Notes: generated by a model not told the origin, from the sequence alone. 64,000 nucleotides of DNA from Patescibacteria group bacterium (GCA_022868165.1 JALHYA010000017.1:11634-75633); one strand, 5' to 3'; shown: positions 47,962 through 58,172, numbered from the stretch's first letter. Numbers and translations: made by a program.

Positions 47962-48757
47962 TCTTTGCCTCCTCGGCTGTGGGAGGCTTACCGTGCCATT
48001 CAGGAAGGTTTTCCATAAAAGAAACCCCTTTGCCCGGAATTGTGTGGGCGATAATTACGGTTGGATTCTCATAAACTGCGCGGGCTTGTTCGACCGCATC
48101 GATAATTTGCTCGATATTGTGACCGTCGACTTCTATCACTGTCCAATTAAACGCTCTATATTTATCAACCAGAGGCTCAAGCGGCATCACATCTTCGGTG
48201 TGGCCGTCTATTTGGATATTGTTTCTATCAACTATTACGGTGAGATTTGAAAGGTTATATTTACCGGCAAAAAATACGGCCTCCCAGTGGTTTCCTTCGT
48301 CGTGTTCCCCGTCGGAACAGATACAAAACACTCTGAATCTTTTTCCGTCCATACGCGCAGCGTATGCATAACCCGAGGCTTGAGCCAAACCGCTGCCCAA
48401 AGGACCGGAAGTTGTTTCGACCCCGGGAAGCCTTAGCCTTTCGGGATGTCCTTGAAGTCTGGTTCCAAGATGACGCAGAGTTTTGAGTTCTGAAATCGGA
48501 AAATATCCCGCATGCGCCATTGTGGCGTAGCGCACCGGACAAATATGCCCGTTTGAAAGAATTAATCTGTCTCTATCTTCCCAAAAAGGATTTTTGGGGT
48601 CATGGTTCATAATCGCGAAGTATAGGGCGGTGAAAATATCTGCCGTTCCCAAAGGCCCTGCGGAGTGGCCGCTTCCGGCGGCCACGAGCATTTTTATTAT
48701 GTCCTTGCGGATATCATTGGCCTTCTTTTGAAGCTTTTCGATTGTATATTTGGGCAT
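47906..48757 (-). CDS. transketolase, N-terminal (TPP-binding) subunit
   Basis: GSGHSAGPLGTADI and GDGE TPP-binding motifs. Confidence 0.85.
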   Translation of the reverse strand: MPKYTIEKLQKKANDIRKDIIKMLVAAGSGHSAGPLGTADIFTALYFAIMNHDPKNPFWEDRDRLILSNGHICPVRYATMAHAGYFPISELKTLRHLGTRLQGHPERLRLPGVETTSGPLGSGLAQASGYAYAARMDGKRFRVFCICSDGEHDEGNHWEAVFFAGKYNLSNLTVIVDRNNIQIDGHTEDVMPLEPLVDKYRAFNWTVIEVDGHNIEQIIDAVEQARAVYENPTVIIAHTIPGKGVSFMENLPEWHGKPPTAEEAKIALRELRTLGGKIKSEND

Positions 48758-48771
48758 GACAGAAAAAAATT

Positions 48772-49374
48772 TTAAAGTTGGAATGCTTTTTCATTATCAT
48801 GGGCATGATTTTGCCCCCCCAAAGCTTGTTCAAAAGATTGTATTGCCTGGAAAGCCTCCTTGGGAGAGTTGACCACTCTATAAACTTTCAATTCCTCCGG
48901 TCTTATTCGCATATTATCTACAAAGGCTTTAACAATATTGTTCCAAAACTCGCCGTATAGAAGAAGCGGCTTGTGGTGTCCAAAATACAGCCTTGCCAAT
49001 CCCCAGGCCATTCCAAATTCCGAAATTGTTCCGGTACCTCCACGGAAAATTACATAAACGTCTCCCAACTCCAAAAGCTTTAGTGTCCTTTCCAGATAAT
49101 TATTCGTTTTAATCTCTTCGTCAATCGGATTTCCCGGGTCTTTTCCTTCAAAGTTTGTTATGTCTTTCGGGTAAAAAGTAACTCCGATGGCCTTTCCGCC
49201 CGCAGCTTTCGCTCCCTCCGACACGGCTTTCATCGTCCCCGGCCCGCCTCCGTTGATTGCAACATAGCCTTTCTCTGTCAGAAACTTTGCAACCTCAAAG
49301 GCCTCTTTATAAAGGGGGTCATTTACCGCCGCATCCGCAAATCCAAAGTATGATATTTGTTTGATCTTTTTCAC
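48772..49374 (-). CDS. LOG family protein (cytokinin riboside 5'-monophosphate phosphoribohydrolase-like, TIGR00730)
   Basis: GGGPGTMKA and PGGTGTISE LOG motifs. Confidence 0.8.
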   Translation of the reverse strand: MKKIKQISYFGFADAAVNDPLYKEAFEVAKFLTEKGYVAINGGGPGTMKAVSEGAKAAGGKAIGVTFYPKDITNFEGKDPGNPIDEEIKTNNYLERTLKLLELGDVYVIFRGGTGTISEFGMAWGLARLYFGHHKPLLLYGEFWNNIVKAFVDNMRIRPEELKVYRVVNSPKEAFQAIQSFEQALGGQNHAHDNEKAFQL

Positions 49375-50027
49375 TATTTTTTGTTATACGCTGCTCTAAT
49401 GTATCTGTCTATATTCTCCGCCAAGTTCCCATCGAAAAGTCTTCGGCCGATAACTATCTCGTCGGCACCGGCTATCCTCGTATCATCAATTGTATCAGGA
49501 GTTTCCCCTCCATCGACGCATATTTTAAACGGTGTTGCATCTCGGGACCTAATTTCATCTAGTTCTCTTATTTTGGTGAGTGCTTTTGACTCAAACTTTT
49601 GCCCACCAAACCCCGCCCTTACGGCCATAACAAGAACCACATCCAAATTGGTAAGAATTGTCGGGTCGAGAGCGGAAACCGGTGTGTCCAAATCGATAGC
49701 AAGTCCAACAGAAAGAGCAACTTCGGAAACTTTGCCGACAAAATCGACTTGGCTTGCCATTTTCTCAATTTGTCCGACTATTCTCTCTGCCCCGGCCCGA
49801 ACGCATCTTTCAACCCAATCTGTGGGTTCTTTTGTCATTAAATGGAAATCCAGCATCAAATCGGTATCAAAATTTTCCAAAACAGAAGGGTCTATTGTTT
49901 TACTTTGGGCAAATTGGCCATCGATTATGTCAACCTGCACCCTGTCAACAACATCCTCGGCTCGTTTTAACAGCGCCTCCACTTCTTGAGGATTTGACGA
50001 AAGTATTGCGGGGATTACTTTAAACAT
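49374..50027 (-). CDS. rpe: ribulose-phosphate 3-epimerase
   Basis: VDIIDGQFA, DFHLM, RAGFGGQKF and ICVDGG motifs. Confidence 0.8.
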   Translation of the reverse strand: MFKVIPAILSSNPQEVEALLKRAEDVVDRVQVDIIDGQFAQSKTIDPSVLENFDTDLMLDFHLMTKEPTDWVERCVRAGAERIVGQIEKMASQVDFVGKVSEVALSVGLAIDLDTPVSALDPTILTNLDVVLVMAVRAGFGGQKFESKALTKIRELDEIRSRDATPFKICVDGGETPDTIDDTRIAGADEIVIGRRLFDGNLAENIDRYIRAAYNKK

Positions 50028-51133
50028 TACGGGCTTTGATGGAAAGACAAAGTAATTGCATCAGTCGGCGCTTTCTCGGAAGATAAGGTTCTCCCGACTC
50101 TTATTACCTGCTCAACTAGCCTATTTGCATAACCCCATTCATTATCATACCAAGCAAAAACCTTGACAAGATTTCCTCCGACTACCTGGGTAAGGCCCAG
50201 ATCAACAATCGCCGATTCGCTTCTACCGATTATGTCGGATGAAACCAGCGGCTCTTCGGTTGTTGCCAGTATTCCTTTATATAAAGGGTTTTTTTCTGCC
50301 TCCTTAAAAGCCTGGTTAACCTCTTCTAGAGTCACATTTTTCTTCAAAATGATCGCAAAATCGGTTATTGAACCGGTTAAAACCGGAATTCTTAGGGCTC
50401 TTCCGTCGAAAAGACCTTTAAGCTCCGGTATAGTCTCCGTTGTTGAAATTGCCGCACCGGTTGAAGTCGGAATAATATTTTGGGCTGCGGCGCGCGCCCT
50501 ACGAAGGTCTTTGTGCGAACCGTCCTGAATATTTTGATCGTCGGTATAGGCATGGGAAGTTGTCATTGCCGCTTTTTCTATCCCGAATTTTGCGTGAAGA
50601 ACGGCAGCAACCGGCGCAACACAGTTGGTTGTACAGGAAGAATTCGACAAAATTTCCGTCTCGCCTTTGTACTGGTTTACCCCAATTATGTAGGTGTTTA
50701 CATTTCCCCCCTTAACCGGAGCGGAAATAACTACTCGTTTTGCACCGCCGACAGCGTGCTTTTTGGCATCTTCTTCGCTGGTAAACTTACCGGTAGACTC
50801 GATAACAACATCTACCCCGTATTTTGCCCAAGGAATTTTTGAGGGGTCTTTCTGGGCCAAAACGGGAATTTTTTTGCCGTCGGCAATCAAATTCCCAATT
50901 TGCGGTTCTTCATCAGTAGCCTCCTCGGGCTTTTTTAGTTCTTCACTTTTAATTTCCTTCTCAAATTTTCTATAAGTCGTATCGTAATTAACAAGATGCG
51001 CCCAACCTGCAGTTTCCATGCTGCCGGAGGTATTTATTGCAGAGAATTCCAATTCCTGAGAGTGCTTAAGAAGCCCTATTCTGAAAGCTATTCTTCCTAT
51101 TCTTCCAAATCCATTAATGCCTACCTTCACCAT
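50027..51133 (-). CDS. gap: glyceraldehyde-3-phosphate dehydrogenase (with about 25-aa acidic insertion)
   Basis: VKVGINGFGRIGR NAD motif and SNSSCTTNCVAPV catalytic Cys. Start trimmed to MVKVGING. Confidence 0.9.
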   Translation of the reverse strand: MVKVGINGFGRIGRIAFRIGLLKHSQELEFSAINTSGSMETAGWAHLVNYDTTYRKFEKEIKSEELKKPEEATDEEPQIGNLIADGKKIPVLAQKDPSKIPWAKYGVDVVIESTGKFTSEEDAKKHAVGGAKRVVISAPVKGGNVNTYIIGVNQYKGETEILSNSSCTTNCVAPVAAVLHAKFGIEKAAMTTSHAYTDDQNIQDGSHKDLRRARAAAQNIIPTSTGAAISTTETIPELKGLFDGRALRIPVLTGSITDFAIILKKNVTLEEVNQAFKEAEKNPLYKGILATTEEPLVSSDIIGRSESAIVDLGLTQVVGGNLVKVFAWYDNEWGYANRLVEQVIRVGRTLSSEKAPTDAITLSFHQSP

Positions 51134-51174
51134 GGCAGTTATAATTTTAAGTATATCGTATAATCCTAAGTTAT

Positions 51175-51861
51175 ATGAAGGTTTCTGTGGTAATTCCGGC
51201 ATTTAACGAAGAAAAATACATCAAAAAAAGTTTGGCGAGCGTAATGAACCAAAAAGTTGAGGCTGACGAAATAATTGTTGTAAACAATAATAGCCGCGAC
51301 AGAACCGAAGAAATTGCCATTGGTATGGGTGCAAAAGTGGTGCGCGAGCCCAAACAGGGAATGATTCCGGCAAGAAACAGAGGTTTCGACTCGGCTAAAT
51401 ACGAAATAATAGCCCGAATCGATGCCGATGTTATAGTTCCAACCGATTGGATAAAACAAATAAAAAAGAGCTTTGAAAAGAAAAATTATGATGCCTTTAC
51501 CGGTCCTGTCACATTCAACGATCTTTTTGCCAAGCCCACATCCACACTCCCTTCAAAAATATATCTGGAATCATTAAGCGTGCTCACGAGAGGAAATAGA
51601 TACCTAATGGGCCCCAACATGACTCTTAAGCGGGATATTTGGCTTAAAGTGCGCAGATTGGTAAATCTTGATGATTCAAAAGTACATGAAGACATTGATT
51701 TGTCACTCAACATCATTAAGGTTGGTGGAAAAATCGGGTTCGACCCCGACCTGGTAGTACAAATATCGGCTAGGAGAATTAAAAAACACCCCGAATCTTT
51801 TTTCCTGGAATACCCTGCGAGAATAGTAAAAACTTTCTTAATAAATAAGATTAAGAAATAA
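51175..51861 (+). CDS. glycosyltransferase family 2
   Basis: VSVVIPAFNEEKYI and DxD-type GT-A signature. Confidence 0.8.
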   Translation: MKVSVVIPAFNEEKYIKKSLASVMNQKVEADEIIVVNNNSRDRTEEIAIGMGAKVVREPKQGMIPARNRGFDSAKYEIIARIDADVIVPTDWIKQIKKSFEKKNYDAFTGPVTFNDLFAKPTSTLPSKIYLESLSVLTRGNRYLMGPNMTLKRDIWLKVRRLVNLDDSKVHEDIDLSLNIIKVGGKIGFDPDLVVQISARRIKKHPESFFLEYPARIVKTFLINKIKK

Positions 51862-51876
51862 TTCCCAGCACTCTGC

Positions 51877-52077
51877 TTACTTCTTTTTTGTAAGCATGGC
51901 GTAAGCTCCCCAAAGGCCTGCAACCCCGACTAATATGTAAACAACCTTAACTAACATTGGCCAGCTGCCCAATAGGCTTCCAATTAAGTCAAAATTCATG
52001 AAACCCATTAGTCCCACCTCTATAGCTCCAAGTACAACTAACCATTTGGAAACTGTCTTTAATTTCATTCTCCTCAC
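51877..52077 (-). CDS. DUF378 small membrane protein
   Basis: Two TM helices with the GxxxG-rich DUF378 pattern. Confidence 0.6.
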   Translation of the reverse strand: MRRMKLKTVSKWLVVLGAIEVGLMGFMNFDLIGSLLGSWPMLVKVVYILVGVAGLWGAYAMLTKKK

Positions 52078-52110
52078 CCTCTCTCTGCATTAACTTTAGC
52101 ACGTTTCGTT

Positions 52111-53076
52111 TTAGTACGACAAAGCTTCGATTCCCGGTAAAGTTTGTTTCGCCAAAAATTCAAGCATTGCTCCCCCGCCGACCGAAATCCAATCAAACTT
52201 ATCTTCAAGGTTATACATAGATACAACAACATTGCTGTCGCCGCCTCCGGTAATTTTATGGGCCGAGGAAGATGCAACTTTTTTGAATATTCTTTCCGTA
52301 CCCTGCCTGTGTCCCTTATCTTCATACTTTCCCATAGGCCCGGCAATAACGATTGTTTTGGCTTTCTCAATCTCGTTTTCAAAACGCTCGATTGAATTAA
52401 TTGTCATGTCCTCTTTATCCATAACAAGGTTGGCGGTAACAATCTTTTCATTCGGACCAATCGTGCGAATGCTACCCTCAAATCCCATATAATCCGGAAT
52501 TCTTCCGCCGATAAGTAATTTGTCCGCAATTTCAGCCAGCGGTTTAATCAAATCCAGTTTATCTTCTTTGGAGCCTCCAAGAATTACAACGATGGGCCTT
52601 TTGGGATTTTCAAAAATAACACTTAGTTTTTCAACCTCTTGACAAAATCTGAAGCCTGCCGCGTGGGGAAGAAGTTTCGGAAGTCCGACTATGGATGCGT
52701 GCACCCGATGACTTGCCGCAAAAGCTTCGTTAACGTAAAGTTCGCCATTCTCCGCCAGTTTTTTTGCAAAATCCGAGTCATTGGCCTCCTCCCCAGGGTC
52801 GAAGCGCAAATTTTCCAACACGGAAAACTCTACTTCCCTGACTATTTTTCTTAGCCGCTCCTCAATCGGTTTGAGACCCAGACTTTCTACCTTAACCCCA
52901 TTTGGTCTTCCCCTGTGACCAATGAGTGTAATCCCAGCCCCGTTGTCCGACAAAAATTTAAGCGTAGGAGCCAATGCCCTGAGGCGGAAGTCTTCTTCAT
53001 CGGGAACATCGAGATCGGCACGAACTAGCACCTTTTTGCCGCTAACCTCCAGGTTTTGGACAGAAGGAAGATTCAT
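52111..53076 (-). CDS. pgk: phosphoglycerate kinase (compact form)
   Basis: KKVLVRADLDVP, NEAFAASHR and ITGGGDS motifs. Confidence 0.8.
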   Translation of the reverse strand: MNLPSVQNLEVSGKKVLVRADLDVPDEEDFRLRALAPTLKFLSDNGAGITLIGHRGRPNGVKVESLGLKPIEERLRKIVREVEFSVLENLRFDPGEEANDSDFAKKLAENGELYVNEAFAASHRVHASIVGLPKLLPHAAGFRFCQEVEKLSVIFENPKRPIVVILGGSKEDKLDLIKPLAEIADKLLIGGRIPDYMGFEGSIRTIGPNEKIVTANLVMDKEDMTINSIERFENEIEKAKTIVIAGPMGKYEDKGHRQGTERIFKKVASSSAHKITGGGDSNVVVSMYNLEDKFDWISVGGGAMLEFLAKQTLPGIEALSY

Positions 53077-53080
53077 TACA

Positions 53081-53530
53081 CTAATTATTGGCTTCTATTT
53101 TTTCTATGTCGGCAAGTCTTCTTACAGATCTCGCTTTCCCGGTAAATTCCGTTTCCAAAAAAGCCTTAACCATCTCTTTCGCTTCTTCTTCTTTTGTATA
53201 GTCTGCCGCGATAACCAAAATATTCATATCATCACCATTTCTCCCGGCTTTAACTTGCTCGGGACTCTTACCGATTGAGGCTCTCACTCCGTCGATTTTA
53301 TTGGCCGCAACGTCAACGCCGACCCCGGAGCCGCAAAGAAGGATCCCTATTCCTTGACCCGCGCCTACTATCGAACCAACTTTTTGAGCATAAAGGGGGT
53401 AATCGTCGTTTGGGTCATGCGCATATGCGCCTAAATCTTCCCACTGATAATTCCACCGGCTCAGCCAATCTTTAATTTTCTCTTTATATTCAAACCCCCG
53501 ATGGTCGGTTCCCAAAAACACCTTCATCAT
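53081..53530 (-). CDS. rpiB: ribose-5-phosphate isomerase B
   Basis: KVFLGTDHRGFEYK and LLCGSGVGVDVAANK RpiB/LacAB signature. Confidence 0.85.
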   Translation of the reverse strand: MMKVFLGTDHRGFEYKEKIKDWLSRWNYQWEDLGAYAHDPNDDYPLYAQKVGSIVGAGQGIGILLCGSGVGVDVAANKIDGVRASIGKSPEQVKAGRNGDDMNILVIAADYTKEEEAKEMVKAFLETEFTGKARSVRRLADIEKIEANN

Positions 53531-54186
53531 TTGAATCCTTCCGTTAAATCCAAAAGCTGGGCTTTCGGGTCTTGAGCTTTGACAACGTCCGTTGCCACAG
53601 CAACTCCTGCGGCCCCAAGTTCCAAGCTTTTTCTAACATCTTCCTGCGAATGTATTCCTGCTCCAACTATCAAGGGAATCCCGGAAGCTTTTGCGTACTC
53701 GTATGCTTCTTTTACTATTTCCGGCTTGGCAGTAGATACGGAAGTCGTGGTACTGCCTACCAGTTCAGGAGGTTCATAAGCAAGATAGTCCGGCCTTAGG
53801 GTGAGAACCTGTTTAAGTTCGTTTATATCGGCCGCAAAGACTAAAGTCTTAAGAGACGCCTCCTTACATTTTTCGACCGCCAAAGATAAAGAGTTCCAAT
53901 CCGGAAATTTGTGTTCCGAATGGTTTAGAAAGACTCCGCGGACTCCGGACTTTGCAACCTCCTGGGGCAACACCCAACCCGTGTAGGGACCGTAAGAAAC
54001 CGGGTCAACGTGTTGAATCCAAACCTCAAGTTGAGTGGAGTTTATAACCGTCTCGGCATCGATTACCTGAACAACGGGAATAATTTTAATCTGGGTCGCA
54101 CGCGCTACTTCTTCCAAAATCTTTGTCAAGGCAAGCGCACGCTCGCCGCTTGCTTCCGCATAGGTTTTATAATTTACAAAAATCAT
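53527..54186 (-). CDS. tpiA: triosephosphate isomerase, archaeal type
   Basis: VNYKTY, LNHSEHK, PDYLAYEPPELVG and VGAGI closely match archaeal TIM signatures. About 220 aa. Confidence 0.8.
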   Translation of the reverse strand: MIFVNYKTYAEASGERALALTKILEEVARATQIKIIPVVQVIDAETVINSTQLEVWIQHVDPVSYGPYTGWVLPQEVAKSGVRGVFLNHSEHKFPDWNSLSLAVEKCKEASLKTLVFAADINELKQVLTLRPDYLAYEPPELVGSTTTSVSTAKPEIVKEAYEYAKASGIPLIVGAGIHSQEDVRKSLELGAAGVAVATDVVKAQDPKAQLLDLTEGFK

Positions 54187-54437
54187 TCGCTAATTCCCAA
54201 AGTCTGGTTAAATTTTCCCTTGTCGAATCCAATTATCGATTCCTTGCTGCCGTCATCTTTAACAACAACACTAAACGGAACCCCCAAAAATCCTCCGGAA
54301 ACTGTTTCCATCTCTTTTTGCGCAGCCTCGTCCATATCCACCAGTTTCTCGGAAAATGTTTTTCCCTTCTGGGTAAGATAATCCTTAAGCATTTTGCAGT
54401 ACGGACAAGTTGTGGTTGAGTAAATCGTGATTTGCAT
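54183..54437 (-). CDS. glutaredoxin-like protein (NrdH/Grx family)
   Basis: CPYC active site, 84 aa. Confidence 0.8.
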   Translation of the reverse strand: MQITIYSTTTCPYCKMLKDYLTQKGKTFSEKLVDMDEAAQKEMETVSGGFLGVPFSVVVKDDGSKESIIGFDKGKFNQTLGISE

Positions 54438-54663
54438 GCTCTCACCCCCTAATATCCTATCTTATACTATACAGCTTTATTTTCCGCATTTTTAACGCAC
54501 TATTTCCGCTTGACTATCCCGCAAAAAAATTCTAACCTCCCCTTAAGAGGTTGTGTTCAAGGAACCCTGTGAGATTCAGGGGCTGTGCCGCAACTGTAGA
54601 GCCAGAAAACTAGCAACCAGAAGGTCCCGAGTGTAATCGAGGGATCATTCCGAGCAGGAAAAA

Positions 54664-55443
54664 ATGTCTAGAGAAACAATTTATTCACAAGATGTAGAGT
54701 ATGAGGCTTCGGTTTCTCTTGAAACCAATAGAATCCCCGACCCATACCACTATTTTTTTAAGAATGGAAAACTCTACTCCCCCGTAACCAATGAGCCTGT
54801 CGAAAATTCAATAACCATATATCGTGCACTGAATGAAGACGAATCTTCAGCGTTTCAAAAAATCCAAAAATGGTTTGTTGAAAGCGAGGAGGGAATGGTT
54901 GTCTGGATAAGTCCTCCCCATCCTGAAAGGTCTCCCAATACAAAAATAATTTTTTCTGACATTGTTTACGAGCTAGGCTCGGGAAAGAAGCTTCGCAATA
55001 GAGCCGTCTGTATTGGTTTAACTCCTAACGGTTGTGTTGCCTTTGCAAGACGGCTGGGCTTTTCGGGCGCTATCTCGGCTGAAGAGCTGCGCGCTTCGCC
55101 GCTTTTTCTCGACAAAATATCTCCTGATGAATTTATCGATATTCTCGCAGAATATACACAAAAACAGGCTCGAATTATCAAAAGCGGCGAAGATTTTATT
55201 ATCAAAGAGAACCTTAAGGCCAGGATAGCACTTGGCTATCCAGCTCCTATCGGGCCTTATCCCTCAAGCTGCGGACCGGCTTTGCAATCTGCATTTAATG
55301 TGATGTTTGGAAATTCCCTGAATATAAGCGAGGCCTACTTTGACTGCCCAAAATGCCACAAGGCAATTCCCTCGGGGCGGGGTATAACCACCTGCCCGCA
55401 TTGCGGAGCCATAAAGGAGGATTACAATTCCGGCTGCGACTAG
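54664..55443 (+). CDS. hypothetical protein with C-terminal zinc ribbon (CPKC...CPHCG)
   Basis: 259 aa. Preceded by a 226-bp structured leader. No family recognised. Confidence 0.5.
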   Translation: MSRETIYSQDVEYEASVSLETNRIPDPYHYFFKNGKLYSPVTNEPVENSITIYRALNEDESSAFQKIQKWFVESEEGMVVWISPPHPERSPNTKIIFSDIVYELGSGKKLRNRAVCIGLTPNGCVAFARRLGFSGAISAEELRASPLFLDKISPDEFIDILAEYTQKQARIIKSGEDFIIKENLKARIALGYPAPIGPYPSSCGPALQSAFNVMFGNSLNISEAYFDCPKCHKAIPSGRGITTCPHCGAIKEDYNSGCD

Positions 55444-55482
55444 AGCAGTGAATATATCAAAGGGTCGGATGCAAATCCCTTT

Positions 55483-55689
55483 TCATTTCGAACCTCCTAC
55501 CGACGGCTGACCCGAAGGAGTAACTACCTGCGATCCCCCCGTCTGTCCCGGACCTTGAAGATCATTTAAATCATTCATCCCCCTCCCAAGATTCGACCTT
55601 CCGAGGAAAAACCCTATTGTGCCTGCTACCAGAAGTCCAATCACCACCCAAGTAATAATTAAGGCTTTCTTAGCATCCATAAAAATCAC
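55483..55689 (-). CDS. small single-TM protein (68 aa) with Gly/Ser-rich tail
   Basis: Hydrophobic helix plus low-complexity C-terminus. Confidence 0.4.
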   Translation of the reverse strand: MIFMDAKKALIITWVVIGLLVAGTIGFFLGRSNLGRGMNDLNDLQGPGQTGGSQVVTPSGQPSVGGSK

Positions 55690-55872
55690 CGCCTCACAGA
55701 AGTCATTAAAATAAAGCTACATCATTTTTGTCTAAGGTTTCAAGGGGAACTAGTGGTTTGGCTTGAAAAACGCTTTTAATTATGAGTAATATTAGAATGC
55801 GAAAGCCTCTGGTTATGGCGGTAGCTTTTATTTTAGGCTCAATTTTTGTCTTCTTGAGAAAAAGGAGGCGCA

Positions 55873-57387
55873 TTGTTAACTAAGTGGGGAAAAAGATTAC
55901 TTGTCTCTCTCTTTTTGGTTTTTTTATCTTTCGCGATTTACCTTTACAAAGTTGAGGAAATAACCCCCGGTGCTTGGGGCGATGAGATTGTAATAGGACA
56001 AACCTCAGAAAAACTAGTCAAATCCCCCGGGTTTTCGGTATTCGTTGATGTTAACTATGGACACCCAACTCCTCTCCTTTATCTTACGGGGTCGGTAACA
56101 AATTTATTTGGCAAAAGTCTGACATCCCTTAGGCTGGTAAGCATAATGTTTGGGGCCTTGGGTGTCGGTTTAAGTTATCTGCTATTTACCCTGTTTTTCG
56201 ACGAACAAGTATCTTTTCTTGGGGCACTTGCGATGCTGACCTCATATCCACTAATTATTATTTCCCGCTTTGCTTACGAGGCAACTGCGGCCATATTCTT
56301 CGGAGTACTTTCGATTCTTTTTGGCATACAAATGGTAAAGACGAAAAAAGTATATTGGGCTTTACTGTTTGGGGTCGCTCTTGGAGCGGGAATATACACT
56401 TATCTGGGGTTTAGAACCATGGCCCCCTTAATATTTCTGGTTTTCTCCCTCATACTTTTTAAACAAGAGGCTCCAAGAAAAGCTCTTGTCAAAACCCTTC
56501 TCGTTATGTTTACCGTTGCTGTCATCTCCTCTCCCATTCTGATTTATGCATTCAGAAATCCTCAACAATTTTGGGCAAGAACTAAATCTGTCTCTATCTT
56601 TAACTACAACCTGTCTCCGAGTGGGATTCTAAAGGAATTTGGTGCGGGAACGGCCAGAACCATAGGAATGTTTTTCGTAACAGGAGATCCAAATCCGAGA
56701 CAAAACCCCTCCGGAACAACAATGTTTGATTTACTCACAACATGCCTGATGCTAGTGGGGGTCGTCTATTTATGGAGAAAAAATAAAGTTGTAGCATATG
56801 TATGTCTTTTTCTTGCTATCTCTCCCTTAATTAATGATATTTTCACCGTCGAATTTTTCCCGGAATTTCATTACTACGGTACAGGCCATCCGAACGTTCT
56901 TAGAGTTTCGGGAATAATACCCATTGTCTATTTTTTAGTTACCGCAGGACTAGCAAGTATAAAAAGCTTTCTCTCTACCCAGCTAGATAAGAAAAAGGTG
57001 GTCTGGGTACTCATTTTGATAGTGGGAATCGCTCTCTTAATTAATCTGGGGAGGTATTTTGGCCAAACCGTTAGCAGGTTTAACTATGTAATAAATGGTG
57101 CAGGGGAAATAAAAATAGCGAAATACATAAATAAATCACAAAAACACAAAATCGTGCTCTCGCCAAGTCTCTACAACGATATACGAATACAATACTTAGT
57201 TAATGATAAAACGCTGGAAAAGTCGGACACTATTCCAAGTGAAGAGCTGACAATAATCAAATCAACCGACAACCCCGAGGTGATTAAAAAGATATTGGCG
57301 GGAGGAGAAATCAAACCAGTGGAGGTTTTTGTAAACCCGTGGAGTGAAGTTGAAGCCGTCGCAGTCTATGAAGTTAATACCCAATAA
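55873..57387 (+). CDS. ArnT/PMT-like (GT39/GT83-type) polytopic membrane glycosyltransferase
   Basis: At least 10 TM segments. N-terminal loop with acidic motif. TTG start with AAAGGAGG Shine-Dalgarno. Confidence 0.7.
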   Translation: MLTKWGKRLLVSLFLVFLSFAIYLYKVEEITPGAWGDEIVIGQTSEKLVKSPGFSVFVDVNYGHPTPLLYLTGSVTNLFGKSLTSLRLVSIMFGALGVGLSYLLFTLFFDEQVSFLGALAMLTSYPLIIISRFAYEATAAIFFGVLSILFGIQMVKTKKVYWALLFGVALGAGIYTYLGFRTMAPLIFLVFSLILFKQEAPRKALVKTLLVMFTVAVISSPILIYAFRNPQQFWARTKSVSIFNYNLSPSGILKEFGAGTARTIGMFFVTGDPNPRQNPSGTTMFDLLTTCLMLVGVVYLWRKNKVVAYVCLFLAISPLINDIFTVEFFPEFHYYGTGHPNVLRVSGIIPIVYFLVTAGLASIKSFLSTQLDKKKVVWVLILIVGIALLINLGRYFGQTVSRFNYVINGAGEIKIAKYINKSQKHKIVLSPSLYNDIRIQYLVNDKTLEKSDTIPSEELTIIKSTDNPEVIKKILAGGEIKPVEVFVNPWSEVEAVAVYEVNTQ

Positions 57388-57401
57388 ACCTTGCAAGATA
57401 A

Positions 57402-58172
57402 TTATTCTCTCCAAGCATAAATATAGCCATAGGGAGAGCCATCGGAAGTTAGACGCGTTTTAAATCCCAGCCTTTGAAATCTTTTGTTTAAATCTTCGTG
57501 TTTAACCGGCGACATATCGTCGTGATATTCCAGGGAAACCTTGCGGATTTTCTTCCAAACATAAGCCGGAGTCGAAAGAATAATTTTACCTTCGCTTCCT
57601 TCGGCATCAATCTTGAGAAAATCGACTTTCTTGAGATGGTATTTAGAGATAATAGATCTCAAAGTGAGCGTGGGAACCTCAATATTTTTTCTAAACCCTT
57701 CTTTCAGCAGAGAGCCGTGTGGATCGGATTTACCCAGATAAAACCTGGCCAGGCCGGTTTTGTCGGCCACAGCGGCTTGGACAACAACCGGCTCGGGAAG
57801 ATTATTTTCCTTAAAATTTCGATATATTAATCCGGCATTCTCGGGCAAAGGCTCGAAGGCGTAAATTTTGCCCGCATCCTTGGACGCGGCAAAAAGGCTA
57901 AAAACGCCAACGTTTGCTCCGATATCAACAACTACATCTCCGGATTCTATGGGCAAAAACTTAGGGGTATAGCCCTTACGAAAAAATATTTCGTCGACAA
58001 CGTCTAACAACAAACTCTTTCTGTTTCCCCGAATAACCAATCCATTTTTAAGTCTCAGCTGGGTAATCGGCTTGCAAAGGAGTCTCTGTTTTATAAGAAT
58101 TGCCAAGCCATCGGGATAATAAGACAAAAGGTGAGAGATATAGCGGTATTTTCCCGATAAATTTAATGCCAT
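57402..58172 (-). CDS. FkbM-family methyltransferase
   Basis: VVDIGANVGVFSLFAA SAM-binding motif. Confidence 0.8.
   Translation of the reverse strand: MALNLSGKYRYISHLLSYYPDGLAILIKQRLLCKPITQLRLKNGLVIRGNRKSLLLDVVDEIFFRKGYTPKFLPIESGDVVVDIGANVGVFSLFAASKDAGKIYAFEPLPENAGLIYRNFKENNLPEPVVVQAAVADKTGLARFYLGKSDPHGSLLKEGFRKNIEVPTLTLRSIISKYHLKKVDFLKIDAEGSEGKIILSTPAYVWKKIRKVSLEYHDDMSPVKHEDLNKRFQRLGFKTRLTSDGSPYGYIYAWRE

Noticed and set aside
52074-52382. 102-aa minus-strand ORF
   Set aside because: Alternative frame overlapping the pgk C-terminus and the DUF378 gene region. No support.
54438-54663. Known riboswitch classes (TPP, ZTP, ykkC, fluoride, SAM, cobalamin, glycine, c-di-GMP) for the structured leader
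   Set aside because: Core consensus motifs such as CUGAGA, GCCACUG, the ACGR loops and GGAUGG were not found. The region is left as unclassified.
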